DNA of 58,318 nt from Chthoniobacter flavus (GCA_945871065.1 CAMBUL010000006.1:1-58318); one strand, 5' to 3'. Counted from the first letter of the stretch, positions 48,750-58,309 are shown. Notes: a model not told the origin generated them from the letters alone. Translations and numbers: made by a program.

Positions 48750-49327
48750 GGTTTTTCTCCGAGAAGTTCTTTCAATTTCATGAGTCCGCGTCGGGCGCGG
48801 GCCTTGACTGTTCCGAGCGGTTCGCCCAGCCGATCGGCAATCTCGCTTTGGGTGAGACCACCGAAGAAGGCCAAATCAATGACTTTGCGCTGTTCGGGCG
48901 ACAGGCGGGCCACCGCATCCCGCAAAATCTGGGTCCTCTCACTCGCATCTACCCCAGATAACGCCTCCCTGATCCCCGTGGATTCATCGGCGACCGTCTC
49001 CTTCTCAAAATCGTCCCGCAGGCGGGTGCGGCGTTGGATGGCCCGGATGCGGTCGATCGAGCGGTTGCGGGTCATGGTGAGGGCCCAAGTGAGCGGCTTG
49101 CCCTTGGCCGGATCATAGAGCTTCGCCTTGTCCCAGATCTGGATGAAGACGTCCTGCACCACATCCTGCGCGTCGGCGTCTTCCTTGAGAAACTTCATCG
49201 CCGTGGCGTAGAGGATGTTCGAATAGCGGGTGTAAAGCTGCTCAAAGGCCGCCCGTTCCCGTTTGGTGATCCGCGCCAGCAAGTCCAATTCGACGGTGCG
49301 ATCGTCTGGTTCGGGTGCGGTGGTCAT
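48746..49327 (-). CDS. ECF sigma factor (SigK-like)
   Basis: AF..LY.RY, A.DV.QD.F..IW, W.....RNR.ID, G.TQSEIA..LG.PLGTVK.R.R. Confidence 0.9.
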   Translation of the reverse strand: MTTAPEPDDRTVELDLLARITKRERAAFEQLYTRYSNILYATAMKFLKEDADAQDVVQDVFIQIWDKAKLYDPAKGKPLTWALTMTRNRSIDRIRAIQRRTRLRDDFEKETVADESTGIREALSGVDASERTQILRDAVARLSPEQRKVIDLAFFGGLTQSEIADRLGEPLGTVKARARRGLMKLKELLGEKP

Positions 49328-50613
49328 GCGGCGTGGTGCAGTGCCCGGGTGATCACCTCGACCGTGCGGACGATATCCTCGTCCGTGTGCGCCGTGCTGA
49401 TGAATCCCGTCTCGAACTGCGAGGGGGGAAAATACACGCCATGGTCCAGACAGTAATGGAAAAATTTCGCAAATCGCACGGTGTCCGATTTCTTCGCATC
49501 GTCCAAATTGTTCACCGGGCCTTCGGTAAAGAAGAGACAGAACATGCTCCCCAGGCGTTGCAAGGTGACCGGGTAACCTGCAGCGCGGATGGGCGCCTCC
49601 AGTCCCGACTGCAGCGCGGCGCCGAGTTGTTCGAGCCGGCTCCATGCCTCGGTCCGCTCCAACTCCCGCATCTGGGCCAACCCGGCCGCCAGGGCCAGGG
49701 GATTTCCCGCGAGCGTGCCCGCCTGGTAAACGGGACCATCCGGGGCGAGGTGGTCCATGACGTCGGCCCGCCCGCCGAAGGCCCCGACCGGCAAACCGCC
49801 GCCGATCACTTTACCCAGCGCGGTGAGGTCCGGAACGACCCCGCACAACTCCTGCACTCCACCGCGTGCCACGCGGAATCCGGTCATGACTTCATCGAAA
49901 ATCAAAAGAGCCTCGTGCGCCCTGCAAAGTTCGCGCAGCCGCGGCAAAAATCCGGGCAGCGGGTGGATCAACCCCGCATTGGCCGGCACGGGTTCCACAA
50001 TAACGCCGGCGATTTCCGCGCCCGCGCGGGCGAAAATTTCTTCCAGTGCTGCCGCATCGTTGAAAGGCAGGGTGATGGTCAGCTCCGCCAAGGCCCTCGG
50101 CACGCCCGCGCTGTCCGGCTGCCCCAGGGTCAGGGCGCCGCTGCCGGCCCGCACGAGCAAGGAATCGACATGACCGTGGTAGCAGCCTTCGAATTTGACG
50201 ATTTTGTCCCGTCCGGTGAATCCGCGGGCCAGCCGCAGACAGGACATGGTGGCCTCCGTCCCGCTGTTGACCATGCGGACTTTTTCGATCGACGGCAGAC
50301 GCGCCGTGATGAATTCCGCCATCTCGACTTCCAGCGGGTGGGGAAGGCCGTAGCTCAATCCGCGCACGGCCGCCTCGCGCACCGCGTCGATCACGATCCT
50401 CGGTGCGTGGCCGAGAATGGCCGGACCCCACGTGCCCACGTAGTCGATGTATTCGTGGCCGTCGACATCGTGCAGGTGCGAACCCTCGGCCCGCTCGACA
50501 AAAAAGGGTTCGCCGCCCACCCCGCGGAATGCGCGGACCGGCGAATTGACCCCGCCGGGGATGCGGACGCGGGCCGCGGCGAAAAGTTCTTGGGAGCGAG
50601 GGCGTGCGGACAT
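49324..50613 (-). CDS. hemL: Glutamate-1-semialdehyde 2,1-aminomutase
   Basis: [52 protein letters not shown]. Confidence 0.96.
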   Translation of the reverse strand: MSARPRSQELFAAARVRIPGGVNSPVRAFRGVGGEPFFVERAEGSHLHDVDGHEYIDYVGTWGPAILGHAPRIVIDAVREAAVRGLSYGLPHPLEVEMAEFITARLPSIEKVRMVNSGTEATMSCLRLARGFTGRDKIVKFEGCYHGHVDSLLVRAGSGALTLGQPDSAGVPRALAELTITLPFNDAAALEEIFARAGAEIAGVIVEPVPANAGLIHPLPGFLPRLRELCRAHEALLIFDEVMTGFRVARGGVQELCGVVPDLTALGKVIGGGLPVGAFGGRADVMDHLAPDGPVYQAGTLAGNPLALAAGLAQMRELERTEAWSRLEQLGAALQSGLEAPIRAAGYPVTLQRLGSMFCLFFTEGPVNNLDDAKKSDTVRFAKFFHYCLDHGVYFPPSQFETGFISTAHTDEDIVRTVEVITRALHHAA

Positions 50614-50628
50614 CCGATGGGGTCGCAC

Positions 50629-51738
50629 TTAAAGCGTGCGCAGGAAGCTGACCACGTCCTCGACGGTCGGACTTTTGGCCGTGCGCACGTAAAAACCGGA
50701 GGTGGCCACGCCGATTTGCAGGCTGACATCAAGCGGCGCCCCGAGAAGGCGTCCGATGCAGAAGCCCGCGTTGAAATGGTCGCCGGCGCCCGTGGTGATC
50801 TTGGGTTTATCGATGAAAGGCCCTGCGACCGCTGCGCTGCCCGTGGCATCGGCCGCCGCGGCGAACGAGACCGGGTGGATAACCACGGTTTCGACGCCGA
50901 GCTTTTCGCGGATCCGGGCCGCGTGGGCCGCCACGGCTTCGTGTGCTTCCTCGCAGGGTGGGAAGCCGAGCACCTCGCCGATCTGGCGCCCTTCCTGCAG
51001 GTTGAGTCCGAGAATGACCTTGGCATGTTTCTGGAATTTCGCGATCAGATCGACCGCCTTAGCGATATCATCGGGCGTGCGTTTGGCCGGGTCGGCCAAG
51101 TCGAAGAAAATCCAGCGCGGGCCGGTGACCAGCGGCATCACTTTGTTGAGCAGTTCCTCGAAAATGCGCGTCATGCCGGTGAGCATGGTCCAATTGACCA
51201 GCGCGATGAGGGCGGAGTCGTTGAAGAGCGTGACCAACTTCTCCAGCGGAAGATGCTCGAGGAGATTTTCCCAATTCACTTCGCGCAGGCTGAGGTGCTG
51301 GCCGAACATCAGTTTGCCATCGTCGAACTCGATCGCGTCGGTGTAACCCGGTTCGGCCAGTGAGATCACCTTGGCGCGCGCCGCGAAATCGGCGAAGACC
51401 GGATGGATATTTGGCGCCCCGAGATTGCCGACATAAGTGACCGGTGTGCCGTAAGCATCGAGGGCGTTGGCCATGATCGGGCCGTTGCCGCCGAGTTTGA
51501 GCAACTGCGGGACCATCTCGAAATTCGCGCTCAAGCCCGCCGCCGAGGTGATTTTGCGGCCGAATTCAGCCATGCTTTCCATCCGCGTGTATTGCTCCGC
51601 GCTCTCGCGGGTCGCCACCACGTGGAGGATGCTGTCCACAAAACCATCGAGGCCGACCAGACTGCGCGATTCCGGCAGGACGTCCGCGCGGGAGGACAAA
51701 AGATCGGCCGCTGCGGCGGCCAGTGAGGAGTTGCTCAT
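50629..51738 (-). CDS. PfkB family carbohydrate kinase
   Basis: GGNG...A.AL, N..E, TTGAGDHFNAG anion-hole motif. Confidence 0.8.
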   Translation of the reverse strand: MSNSSLAAAAADLLSSRADVLPESRSLVGLDGFVDSILHVVATRESAEQYTRMESMAEFGRKITSAAGLSANFEMVPQLLKLGGNGPIMANALDAYGTPVTYVGNLGAPNIHPVFADFAARAKVISLAEPGYTDAIEFDDGKLMFGQHLSLREVNWENLLEHLPLEKLVTLFNDSALIALVNWTMLTGMTRIFEELLNKVMPLVTGPRWIFFDLADPAKRTPDDIAKAVDLIAKFQKHAKVILGLNLQEGRQIGEVLGFPPCEEAHEAVAAHAARIREKLGVETVVIHPVSFAAAADATGSAAVAGPFIDKPKITTGAGDHFNAGFCIGRLLGAPLDVSLQIGVATSGFYVRTAKSPTVEDVVSFLRTL

Positions 51739-51848
51739 GGGACCGGACAGCATAAAACCGCTGGTCGGGCCAACGCACGCGATTTCCGTTTCCGTAAAAA
51801 GAGCTTTCGCCCTGCCGCCCGCTGCGCTTTATTTATAGGTTCCTCAAA

Positions 51849-51925
51849 GGAGCCTTAGCTCAATTGGTTAGAGCGCTGCCCTGTCACGGCAGAGGTTGCG
51901 GGTTCGAGTCCCGTAGGCTCCGCCA
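51849..51925 (+). tRNA. tRNA-Asp (GTC)
   Basis: 77-nt cloverleaf GGAGCCT...AGGCTCCGCCA, anticodon arm CTGCC-CTGTCAC-GGCAG. Confidence 0.97.
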
Positions 51926-52020
51926 TCGCATGTCACGCGAGGGCAGGTAGTTGTGGCGGAAATGGCGGTTTGGTTTCATGCAAAATTTCATACCAACCGT
52001 TGACACCACCGCGATGCCAT

Positions 52021-53208
52021 ATGCATCGCGTCCACGTCGTAGGCCACGGATCGTCTGAGGTCAGGATCTATCCTTTGCGCCGCAAACGCTCGCGCTACCG
52101 CTCCTACCAAGTGCGCTGGTATGAGCTGGGTGAGAAGCAGACCAAGACACTGGCCGACCCCCAGAAGGCCAAAGCTTACGCCCAGCAGGTCCATATTTCG
52201 CTGCTCAACGGCGCCCGTGCATCGGAGATTACGCCTCTGGACATCAGTGTCCTGCGGGACGCGGAGTCCATCGCGGCAAAGTTCGGAGTTTCCCTGCCGT
52301 TTGCCATTCGTGAATGGGCCGATACGCGGCAGGCACTGCTCGGCACGCCCATGGTCCCCAAGGCGAGTTGCATGGCACAATTGCTCAAGGAGCTGACCAC
52401 GGTCAATGCGCAGGCTGCAGCCAAGGAATACATCAGGCTGAAGGAAGAGTCGGGGTTGTCATCCCGCCACATCCAGACGGTGCGGCAGCTGTTGACCGGT
52501 TTCGGCCGGAGTTTCGCCGCAGAACAATTGCACGAAATTCCCGTGCAGGCACTGCGGCGATTCATTGACGGGATCAGGGGCAGTGCCCGGACGAAGAACA
52601 ACTTCATCACGTGCTTGCGGACGTTCTTCCTCTGGGCGCAGAAACAGTCCTATCTGCGGCAGGACCGGCCGACCGCGGCAGCTGGTCTGGACAAGAAGCG
52701 CGAGGCTTATGTGGCTCCGCAGATTTTCACGCCGGAGGAAATGCGCCAGCTGTTGGGAAGTTCCGAGGCGGACATGGTTCCTTATCTTGCCATCGCCGCT
52801 TTTGCGGGGCTTCGCAGCTCCGAGATCGGTCGCTTGGATTGGTCGGCGGTGGATTTCGCCTCCGGTTACATCAAGGTTTCTGGGGAGATAACCAAAACGC
52901 AGCAGCGGCGTCTTGTCCCGATCCTCCCGAACCTTCGTGCGTGGCTCTTGCCGCACCTGAAGGGATCCGGCGGCGTGACCTTTGCCACTTACCGCAAGGC
53001 GCTCACGAGGTGTGGTCGCGCGGCGGGCGTTGCCTGGAAGTCGAACGCCTTGCGACACAGTTTTGGAAGCTACCGGCTGGCCGAAGTGCAGGATGCCGCC
53101 AAGGTCAGTCTGGAAATGGGCAACTCCCCGCAGATGCTCTTCAAGCACTACCGTGAGCTCGTCACTCCGGCACAGGCGCACGAGTGGTTTTCGATTTTCC
53201 CGCCGTGA
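52021..53208 (+). CDS. Tyrosine recombinase/integrase
   Basis: FAGLRSSEI (R), TKT (K), NALRHSF (xxxR), MGNS, KHY (catalytic Tyr). Confidence 0.93.
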   Translation: MHRVHVVGHGSSEVRIYPLRRKRSRYRSYQVRWYELGEKQTKTLADPQKAKAYAQQVHISLLNGARASEITPLDISVLRDAESIAAKFGVSLPFAIREWADTRQALLGTPMVPKASCMAQLLKELTTVNAQAAAKEYIRLKEESGLSSRHIQTVRQLLTGFGRSFAAEQLHEIPVQALRRFIDGIRGSARTKNNFITCLRTFFLWAQKQSYLRQDRPTAAAGLDKKREAYVAPQIFTPEEMRQLLGSSEADMVPYLAIAAFAGLRSSEIGRLDWSAVDFASGYIKVSGEITKTQQRRLVPILPNLRAWLLPHLKGSGGVTFATYRKALTRCGRAAGVAWKSNALRHSFGSYRLAEVQDAAKVSLEMGNSPQMLFKHYRELVTPAQAHEWFSIFPP

Positions 53209-53710
53209 CCGGCTGCGATGGTGTGGTGCGCTTGGCTTGGCCCTTGGGTTGCGGCGTTGGCGCCGGCGCGCCCATCGCTTTGGCGATCGTTTCGTGGCAT
53301 TTGGTCAGTCCCGCAATTGCGGGGCCCAGGCATCGCAGCAGGGTATCGTATTCCTGGCGAGTCGGCTCCGGTCCGCCTTCCAGAACCTCGAGTATTCTTT
53401 CGTCAATCTCCTCCAGCAGGCAGGTGATTTCCCAAAGTGCCACCCCGCGATCTCCCACCACCGCGGCCGTGCTGCGGCTGTAGTATTTTCGAACGATAAA
53501 ACACGAATCCCTCATGTGATCGCTGCTGCGACGTGTTCGCATCAATCGCATCCAGCGGACCATCTTCGGCGTGCACTCGTAGCGGTATTGGCCGCCTGCG
53601 GTCAGGATTCGCTCTCCCGGAAGGGCGTTCTTCTGGGCCAAACGGGCGATGTGCATGCGCGAGTATCCGCTGCGCCGGGCGATTTCCGGACAGGTCAGTA
53701 GTTTCGGCAT
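53162..53710 (-). CDS. Hypothetical protein with N-terminal HTH (candidate regulator)
   Basis: LLT..EIARRSGYSRMHIARL....LPG; divergent from the xis-like gene. Confidence 0.6.
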   Translation of the reverse strand: MPKLLTCPEIARRSGYSRMHIARLAQKNALPGERILTAGGQYRYECTPKMVRWMRLMRTRRSSDHMRDSCFIVRKYYSRSTAAVVGDRGVALWEITCLLEEIDERILEVLEGGPEPTRQEYDTLLRCLGPAIAGLTKCHETIAKAMGAPAPTPQPKGQAKRTTPSQPVTAGKSKTTRAPVPE

Positions 53711-53764
53711 AACAGTCTAAAAACGTCACATGTAACATTGCAGAGTTGACACGGCAACAGGTGC

Positions 53765-53977
53765 GTGAACTACACGCATTCCACTCAACATCTCGTCAAA
53801 AAAAAGCAACTTGCCTCCCTTCTGGGAGTTTCTCCCCGAACGGTCGACCAATGGGTCCATCGGCGGTGGATTTCCGTCATTGCCCCGACGGCCCGTCTGC
53901 ACCTCTTTGATCCCGCGGAAGTCCGCGAGGCGCTCAAGAGCCGCTTCGGGATCAAAGCACAGGAGGTGCGGAAGTGA
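53765..53977 (+). CDS. Excisionase/AlpA-like HTH protein
   Basis: KKQLA..LGVSPRTV..W......I......LFD..EV. Confidence 0.75.
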   Translation: MNYTHSTQHLVKKKQLASLLGVSPRTVDQWVHRRWISVIAPTARLHLFDPAEVREALKSRFGIKAQEVRK

Positions 53978-54411
53978 GGGACCACGCCTTTTTTGAAAAT
54001 GGCCAGCGGATCGGGGTCGAGTTTCGGCACCCGATTGATGAATTTGAGCCGGAGCCGGAGGTGGACGGATATTCCGTAGATCTCTACGGGCTGGTCGAGA
54101 AAGTGGCTTGCAGCTTTCTCACCGGCGATCCGAATATCAATCGCGTTGCCTGGAAATTCCTGCTCGGCAAGCAGTCCTGTTCCATGCGCGACTATGCCCG
54201 CCGCGCGGGTTGCTCGGTGGCGGCGATCTCCAAGCAGATCAACCGGATAGCCCGGCTCTTTGCCATGCCGCTGCACAATCCGCATCTGCGCGTGGCCAGG
54301 CGGGAGATCACCAGAGTCTCATGGAGAAAGCGAAGGCAACGGGCCGGTGGCTGCCGGCCCGCTGCCCGGGAGCTTGTAGGGGAATCCACCGATCAAGGAG
54401 GTCGCCCATGA
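53974..54411 (+). CDS. Hypothetical HTH-containing protein
   Basis: SMRDYARRAGCSVAAISKQ; 4-bp overlaps on both sides. Confidence 0.6.
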   Translation: MRDHAFFENGQRIGVEFRHPIDEFEPEPEVDGYSVDLYGLVEKVACSFLTGDPNINRVAWKFLLGKQSCSMRDYARRAGCSVAAISKQINRIARLFAMPLHNPHLRVARREITRVSWRKRRQRAGGCRPAARELVGESTDQGGRP

Positions 54412-54740
54412 GGAAGCTCCGTGTCAACGATTCGTCGCAGCCGGTGCTGCGGGTGTGCCGTGATAGGTGCCGCGTGCGAGCGGAAGCCGAACTACTCGGG
54501 GAAATGGAAACCATCCTCGAGGAGCTTCGCCAAGGTCCTCCTCCGTTCTCGGTTTCGTTGCGCGAGCCGGGGCGCTTTGTCTCCTTCGTCCTTCTGCCCG
54601 ACGAAGCGGAGAGCGACGGGTGCCAATGGGTGATGATCACCGCCGAGCCCGAGACCCAAGGAGCCGCGGATAGCGTTCTCGCCGCCTCCCAAGCCTGCAT
54701 ACGCGACCATTTGCGTGCGAGGGGAAAGGGGGGGCGATGA
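54408..54740 (+). CDS. Hypothetical protein
   Basis: ATGA coupling at both ends; GGAGG upstream of the ATG at 54408. Confidence 0.55.
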   Translation: MRKLRVNDSSQPVLRVCRDRCRVRAEAELLGEMETILEELRQGPPPFSVSLREPGRFVSFVLLPDEAESDGCQWVMITAEPETQGAADSVLAASQACIRDHLRARGKGGR

Positions 54741-55660
54741 TGCCCGGCGCGCCGCGGCTTGTCCGCGAACTGCTGGGCGCTTGCCCCACGGCGGGAAACG
54801 GCGTCCACGCCTGGATATTCCAGTGTGCCCTTGCGCTGCGCCGTGCCGGCTACAGCGAGGGCGAGATGGCGGAAATGATCGAAGGAGCCGCGGTCAACTG
54901 CGGCCGCGCACTGGAAGCGCATGAGATTCCCGACGCCATCAAAAACTCGGGTTCAAGGTCGGCACCGTCGGGCACTTCGGCGCGCGGAGGGGGCATGCCA
55001 CCCCCGCGCGCCGCCCGCTGGCCGGCTGCGGCGAGCGGCCGTATCCAAGAGATCATCCGGAGTCGCGAGGCACGGAGTCTCTACGACCTCTGGGAGGCCT
55101 CGCCGGTCCGTCTCGAAGATCATGCTGCCGAACATCTGATCGACAGACTTTTTCCCGGCAATCCCCTGCTGTGTTGCGGTCGCTCCCACGGCCAGTGCGA
55201 AACCACTCCCCGGGAGGAGTGGCGCGGGCAGTTGCGCAAGCTCCAATTCATCGTTCCCAACCCGATGGCTGCCCTTCGAGGCACACGCAAGTCCGACGGG
55301 CAGCCTTCACCGCGGGCCCTGGACAACACCGGCCCGCGGCGCTTCTTGGTCATCGAATTCGACGACAATCTTGGCGAGGACTCGCAAGCAGCCCGGTTGT
55401 GGCACCTCAATTCCCTCAGCCCCCTGGTGCTTGCCGTCCATAGCGGAGGCAAGTCGTTGCACGGATGGTTTTGCACGGTCGGCGACGCCGAATCCGCTTG
55501 GCTCAAGTTCATGCGCTACGCGGTCAGTCTCGGGGCTGATCCTGCCACGTGGACTCGTTGCCAATTTGTCCGGCTTCCCGACGGAATGCGCCGTCCCAAA
55601 GACAAGGCTCCCATCCGCCAGGTCGTCTACTTTTTCAACCCGGAGGCGCTGCCATGTTGA
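54737..55660 (+). CDS. AEP-superfamily primase-like protein
   Basis: hhhEFDD, HSGGKSLHGWF, D.......FVRLP motifs; N-terminal PriCT-like helical segment. Confidence 0.7.
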   Translation: MMPGAPRLVRELLGACPTAGNGVHAWIFQCALALRRAGYSEGEMAEMIEGAAVNCGRALEAHEIPDAIKNSGSRSAPSGTSARGGGMPPPRAARWPAAASGRIQEIIRSREARSLYDLWEASPVRLEDHAAEHLIDRLFPGNPLLCCGRSHGQCETTPREEWRGQLRKLQFIVPNPMAALRGTRKSDGQPSPRALDNTGPRRFLVIEFDDNLGEDSQAARLWHLNSLSPLVLAVHSGGKSLHGWFCTVGDAESAWLKFMRYAVSLGADPATWTRCQFVRLPDGMRRPKDKAPIRQVVYFFNPEALPC

Positions 55661-56913
55661 ACGAAGCCGCAATTCCAGAGCCTGCGGACTCCGCTCCACC
55701 GGTCGCTTCGCCCGAGATGCTCGACTTCTACGCGATTCCCCTGCCTCCGGAGCAAGATCCCGATGAATTGATCAAGCATCGCTTTCTGTGCCGCGGTGGC
55801 GCCCTGCTCCTCGTCGGTCAGAGCGGTATCGGCAAAAGTTCTTTCACCATCCAGTGTGCCGTTCTTTGGAGCTTGGGGCGTGAGGCTTTCGGTTTGGTGC
55901 CGGTCGGCCCTCTGCGGATCTTGATCGTCCAAGCGGAAAATGATCCGGGCGACATGGCCGAGTTCCGGGATGGCGTCCTCAAGGGGCTCGACCTCAAGGA
56001 TGAAGACTGCAAGGGCAGCGTCATCAAGACAGTCTGTGAGGACAGTCGCACGGGCGCCGCCTTCTGCAGTGATGTGCTCCAACCTCTCCTCGAGCGGGAG
56101 CAATTCGATCTGGTGATTGTCGACCCTGCTTTGGCTTACCTGGGAGGCGACGCTAATCAGCAAAAAGACGTTTCGATGTTTCTCCGGAACTGCCTCAATC
56201 CCGTTCTGCATCGCGCCCGCTGCGGTTTGGTCCTGGTCCACCACACCAACAAGCCGCCCCAGTATCAAAGAAATCAGGAGTGGCAAGCCAACGACTATGC
56301 GTATGCCGGATCAGGGTCTGCCGATTGGGCGAACTGGGCGAGGGCAGTCCTCGTGATCCGCACGCTGGGATCTTTTGATTACTTCGAGCTGCGGGCCGGC
56401 AAGCGCGGAAAACGACTCCGGTGGAAAGATAAGAGCGGAAAGGCCTCAGCTTTCACCAAGCATATCGGCCACTCTCAGACGGGTATCTGTTGGCGCGAGG
56501 TGCCCGATGAGGAGATTCTCTCCGCGCCGGGCATCGTCGACAAAGCGAACTCGAGACTCGGGCCCAAGCCGCCTCCGGTGGACGATTTCATGGCGCTCTT
56601 CCCGCACGATTACAAAAATGACCCGTCCGAGGCCCTGCTATCCGCAGGTCAGATCCAGATCGCCTTCCGTCAGCGGGGGTGGTCCAAGAATCATTACAGC
56701 GGGATGTGCGATAACGCCGTCGCGCAGGGAATTCTGGCGCAAACGTCCGGCGGGGGGAAAGGGGGAAAAGTGCTGAGGGGCCGGCCCGACATGGTCGAAG
56801 CCTACCTTCGCAATAAACAGGAGAAAGGCACCATCCTCGAAAATGTGCCCATTGCCAAACCGCCGAAAAAAAAGAAACGGACCCGGAAATCGAAGTTGTC
56901 CAAGTCATCCTAA
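55654..56913 (+). CDS. RepA-like (AAA_25, SF4) replicative helicase
   Basis: Walker A GQSGIGKS, QAEN, Walker B VIVDP, LVHHTNK, GS..W...AR. Confidence 0.85.
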   Translation: MLNEAAIPEPADSAPPVASPEMLDFYAIPLPPEQDPDELIKHRFLCRGGALLLVGQSGIGKSSFTIQCAVLWSLGREAFGLVPVGPLRILIVQAENDPGDMAEFRDGVLKGLDLKDEDCKGSVIKTVCEDSRTGAAFCSDVLQPLLEREQFDLVIVDPALAYLGGDANQQKDVSMFLRNCLNPVLHRARCGLVLVHHTNKPPQYQRNQEWQANDYAYAGSGSADWANWARAVLVIRTLGSFDYFELRAGKRGKRLRWKDKSGKASAFTKHIGHSQTGICWREVPDEEILSAPGIVDKANSRLGPKPPPVDDFMALFPHDYKNDPSEALLSAGQIQIAFRQRGWSKNHYSGMCDNAVAQGILAQTSGGGKGGKVLRGRPDMVEAYLRNKQEKGTILENVPIAKPPKKKKRTRKSKLSKSS

Positions 56914-57046
56914 CTCATCCCCGGGACGACTTCGCGCAACTGCACGAGCAACTTGTCGAAGTTATCCTAGCGCCTATAGGGCGCGGATAACTTCAAAGAG
57001 ACAAGTTAGCTCGGCTGGAAAACCCGACTACTCGGGGAAGTTGTCC
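56892..57046. repeat. Iteron-like direct and inverted 10-mers around a CCTATAGG palindrome (putative element origin)
   Basis: GAAGTTGTCC at 56892 and 57037, GAAGTTATCC at 56958 with its exact inverse at 56985, GGACGACTTC at 56924. Confidence 0.65.
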
Positions 57047-57360
57047 GCTATTCAGAAAGTGACCTTTCCAAAGGCGCATCGTCACGGGACTGCTCCAGTC
57101 ACTCAGCCATGACAGGCAGGAGGCCATTACGCATGTTCCAGAATTTACGAGAAGCGTTTATCATGCCGCACCGATAAATTCCCCAGCCGGTAATCCGATC
57201 GATCGACTTGGCTTCCTACGGGCGTAATGAATGGCCGGAGATGAACACAAGTTGCTTGCAACTATACTCTTGCGGATATTTCTAGCGAAATTCGGCGCTC
57301 AACTGACCCGGGCGTGCGCCTGACCCTCATCGCAAGCTGTACCCGATCAGGTTGCGCCGT

Positions 57361-57549
57361 CTACTTCCTGCCCTTGTCCAGCGTTGCCACCAAGGCCCGT
57401 AGCCCAAACCCCCTCGGCATATTCCGGGCGATCTCCCAGTTCTGCAGCGTGCGCACAGAAATGCCCAAGTGCTTGGCCGCATCTTCCTGCGTGAACCTGC
57501 GTCTCTCGCGGTAGTCCCTGAGGAGCTTAGCGAATTTCTTCCGTGTCAC
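57361..57549 (-). CDS. XRE/Cro-type HTH regulator
   Basis: L...RE....TQ..AA..LG.SVRTLQNWE..R..P; GTG start at 57549 inferred. Confidence 0.85.
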   Translation of the reverse strand: MTRKKFAKLLRDYRERRRFTQEDAAKHLGISVRTLQNWEIARNMPRGFGLRALVATLDKGRK

Positions 57550-57757
57550 GATGCCACTACGCGATACGCGCATCGGCGAGTCAAGGTCGCACCCTCAATG
57601 CACCCCCAAGGAAATTAGGTTCTGTGCCTTCAACGCGATACCCTTTTGAGATGCGAAAAATGGTGGAAAAAACTGATGGATTCGGTGCGACTCCTGCGAG
57701 AGGCCAAAGGGGATGCAAAAATTCACACCAGACATGTTCGGACTCACGGGGCACGGC

Positions 57758-58309
57758 ATGAGACTTAGAACGATTAGAGGCTACGATTTCGGCGAGGTCA
57801 GCTCGGCCATGCAGAAAGCGATCCGGCGCGGTGAAACTCCATACGCCGGTTACTGGGCCTTGGAGCTGTGGGCCAGTGGCTTTGGCCACTACGTGTGGAA
57901 ACGGCTCCTCACCGTGTCGGCCGAGGATTGCTGGGGCATCATCACCAAGGAGGTCAAAGCGCTGCATGAGTCGTACGCGATGATCAACGCGAACCTTTCC
58001 GGTCGCCGTGCCCGTGGCCGCATCTTCATTTCCAAAGCGGTGATCCTGCTTTGCGCGGCCAAGAAGAGCCGCGATGCCGACCACTTGCAGAACTTCGTTT
58101 ACGACGAAATGCGCGGCATTGATCCGGATACGCTGGCCGATGAACTGCGCAGCGCGCCGGAATACGTGTCGGTTCCCGACTATGCCTTCGATTGCCACAC
58201 GCGCCGCGGCAAGTCGATGGGTAAGACCAAAGCGGACTTCTTCAAGGCCGAGCAGGCGGCGCTGGTGCCGCTGGAGCAAGGGCTCTTTGATCATCTGGTT
58301 GCTGGGTAG
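57758..58309 (+). CDS. Stand-alone RarA/MgsA C-terminal-like domain protein
   Basis: YD....SAMQKAIR.G....A.YW..........VWKRL....AEDC resembles RarA YD.ISA..KS.RGSD..AALYW...RRL...A.EDIG; no Walker A/B. Confidence 0.6.
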   Translation: MRLRTIRGYDFGEVSSAMQKAIRRGETPYAGYWALELWASGFGHYVWKRLLTVSAEDCWGIITKEVKALHESYAMINANLSGRRARGRIFISKAVILLCAAKKSRDADHLQNFVYDEMRGIDPDTLADELRSAPEYVSVPDYAFDCHTRRGKSMGKTKADFFKAEQAALVPLEQGLFDHLVAG

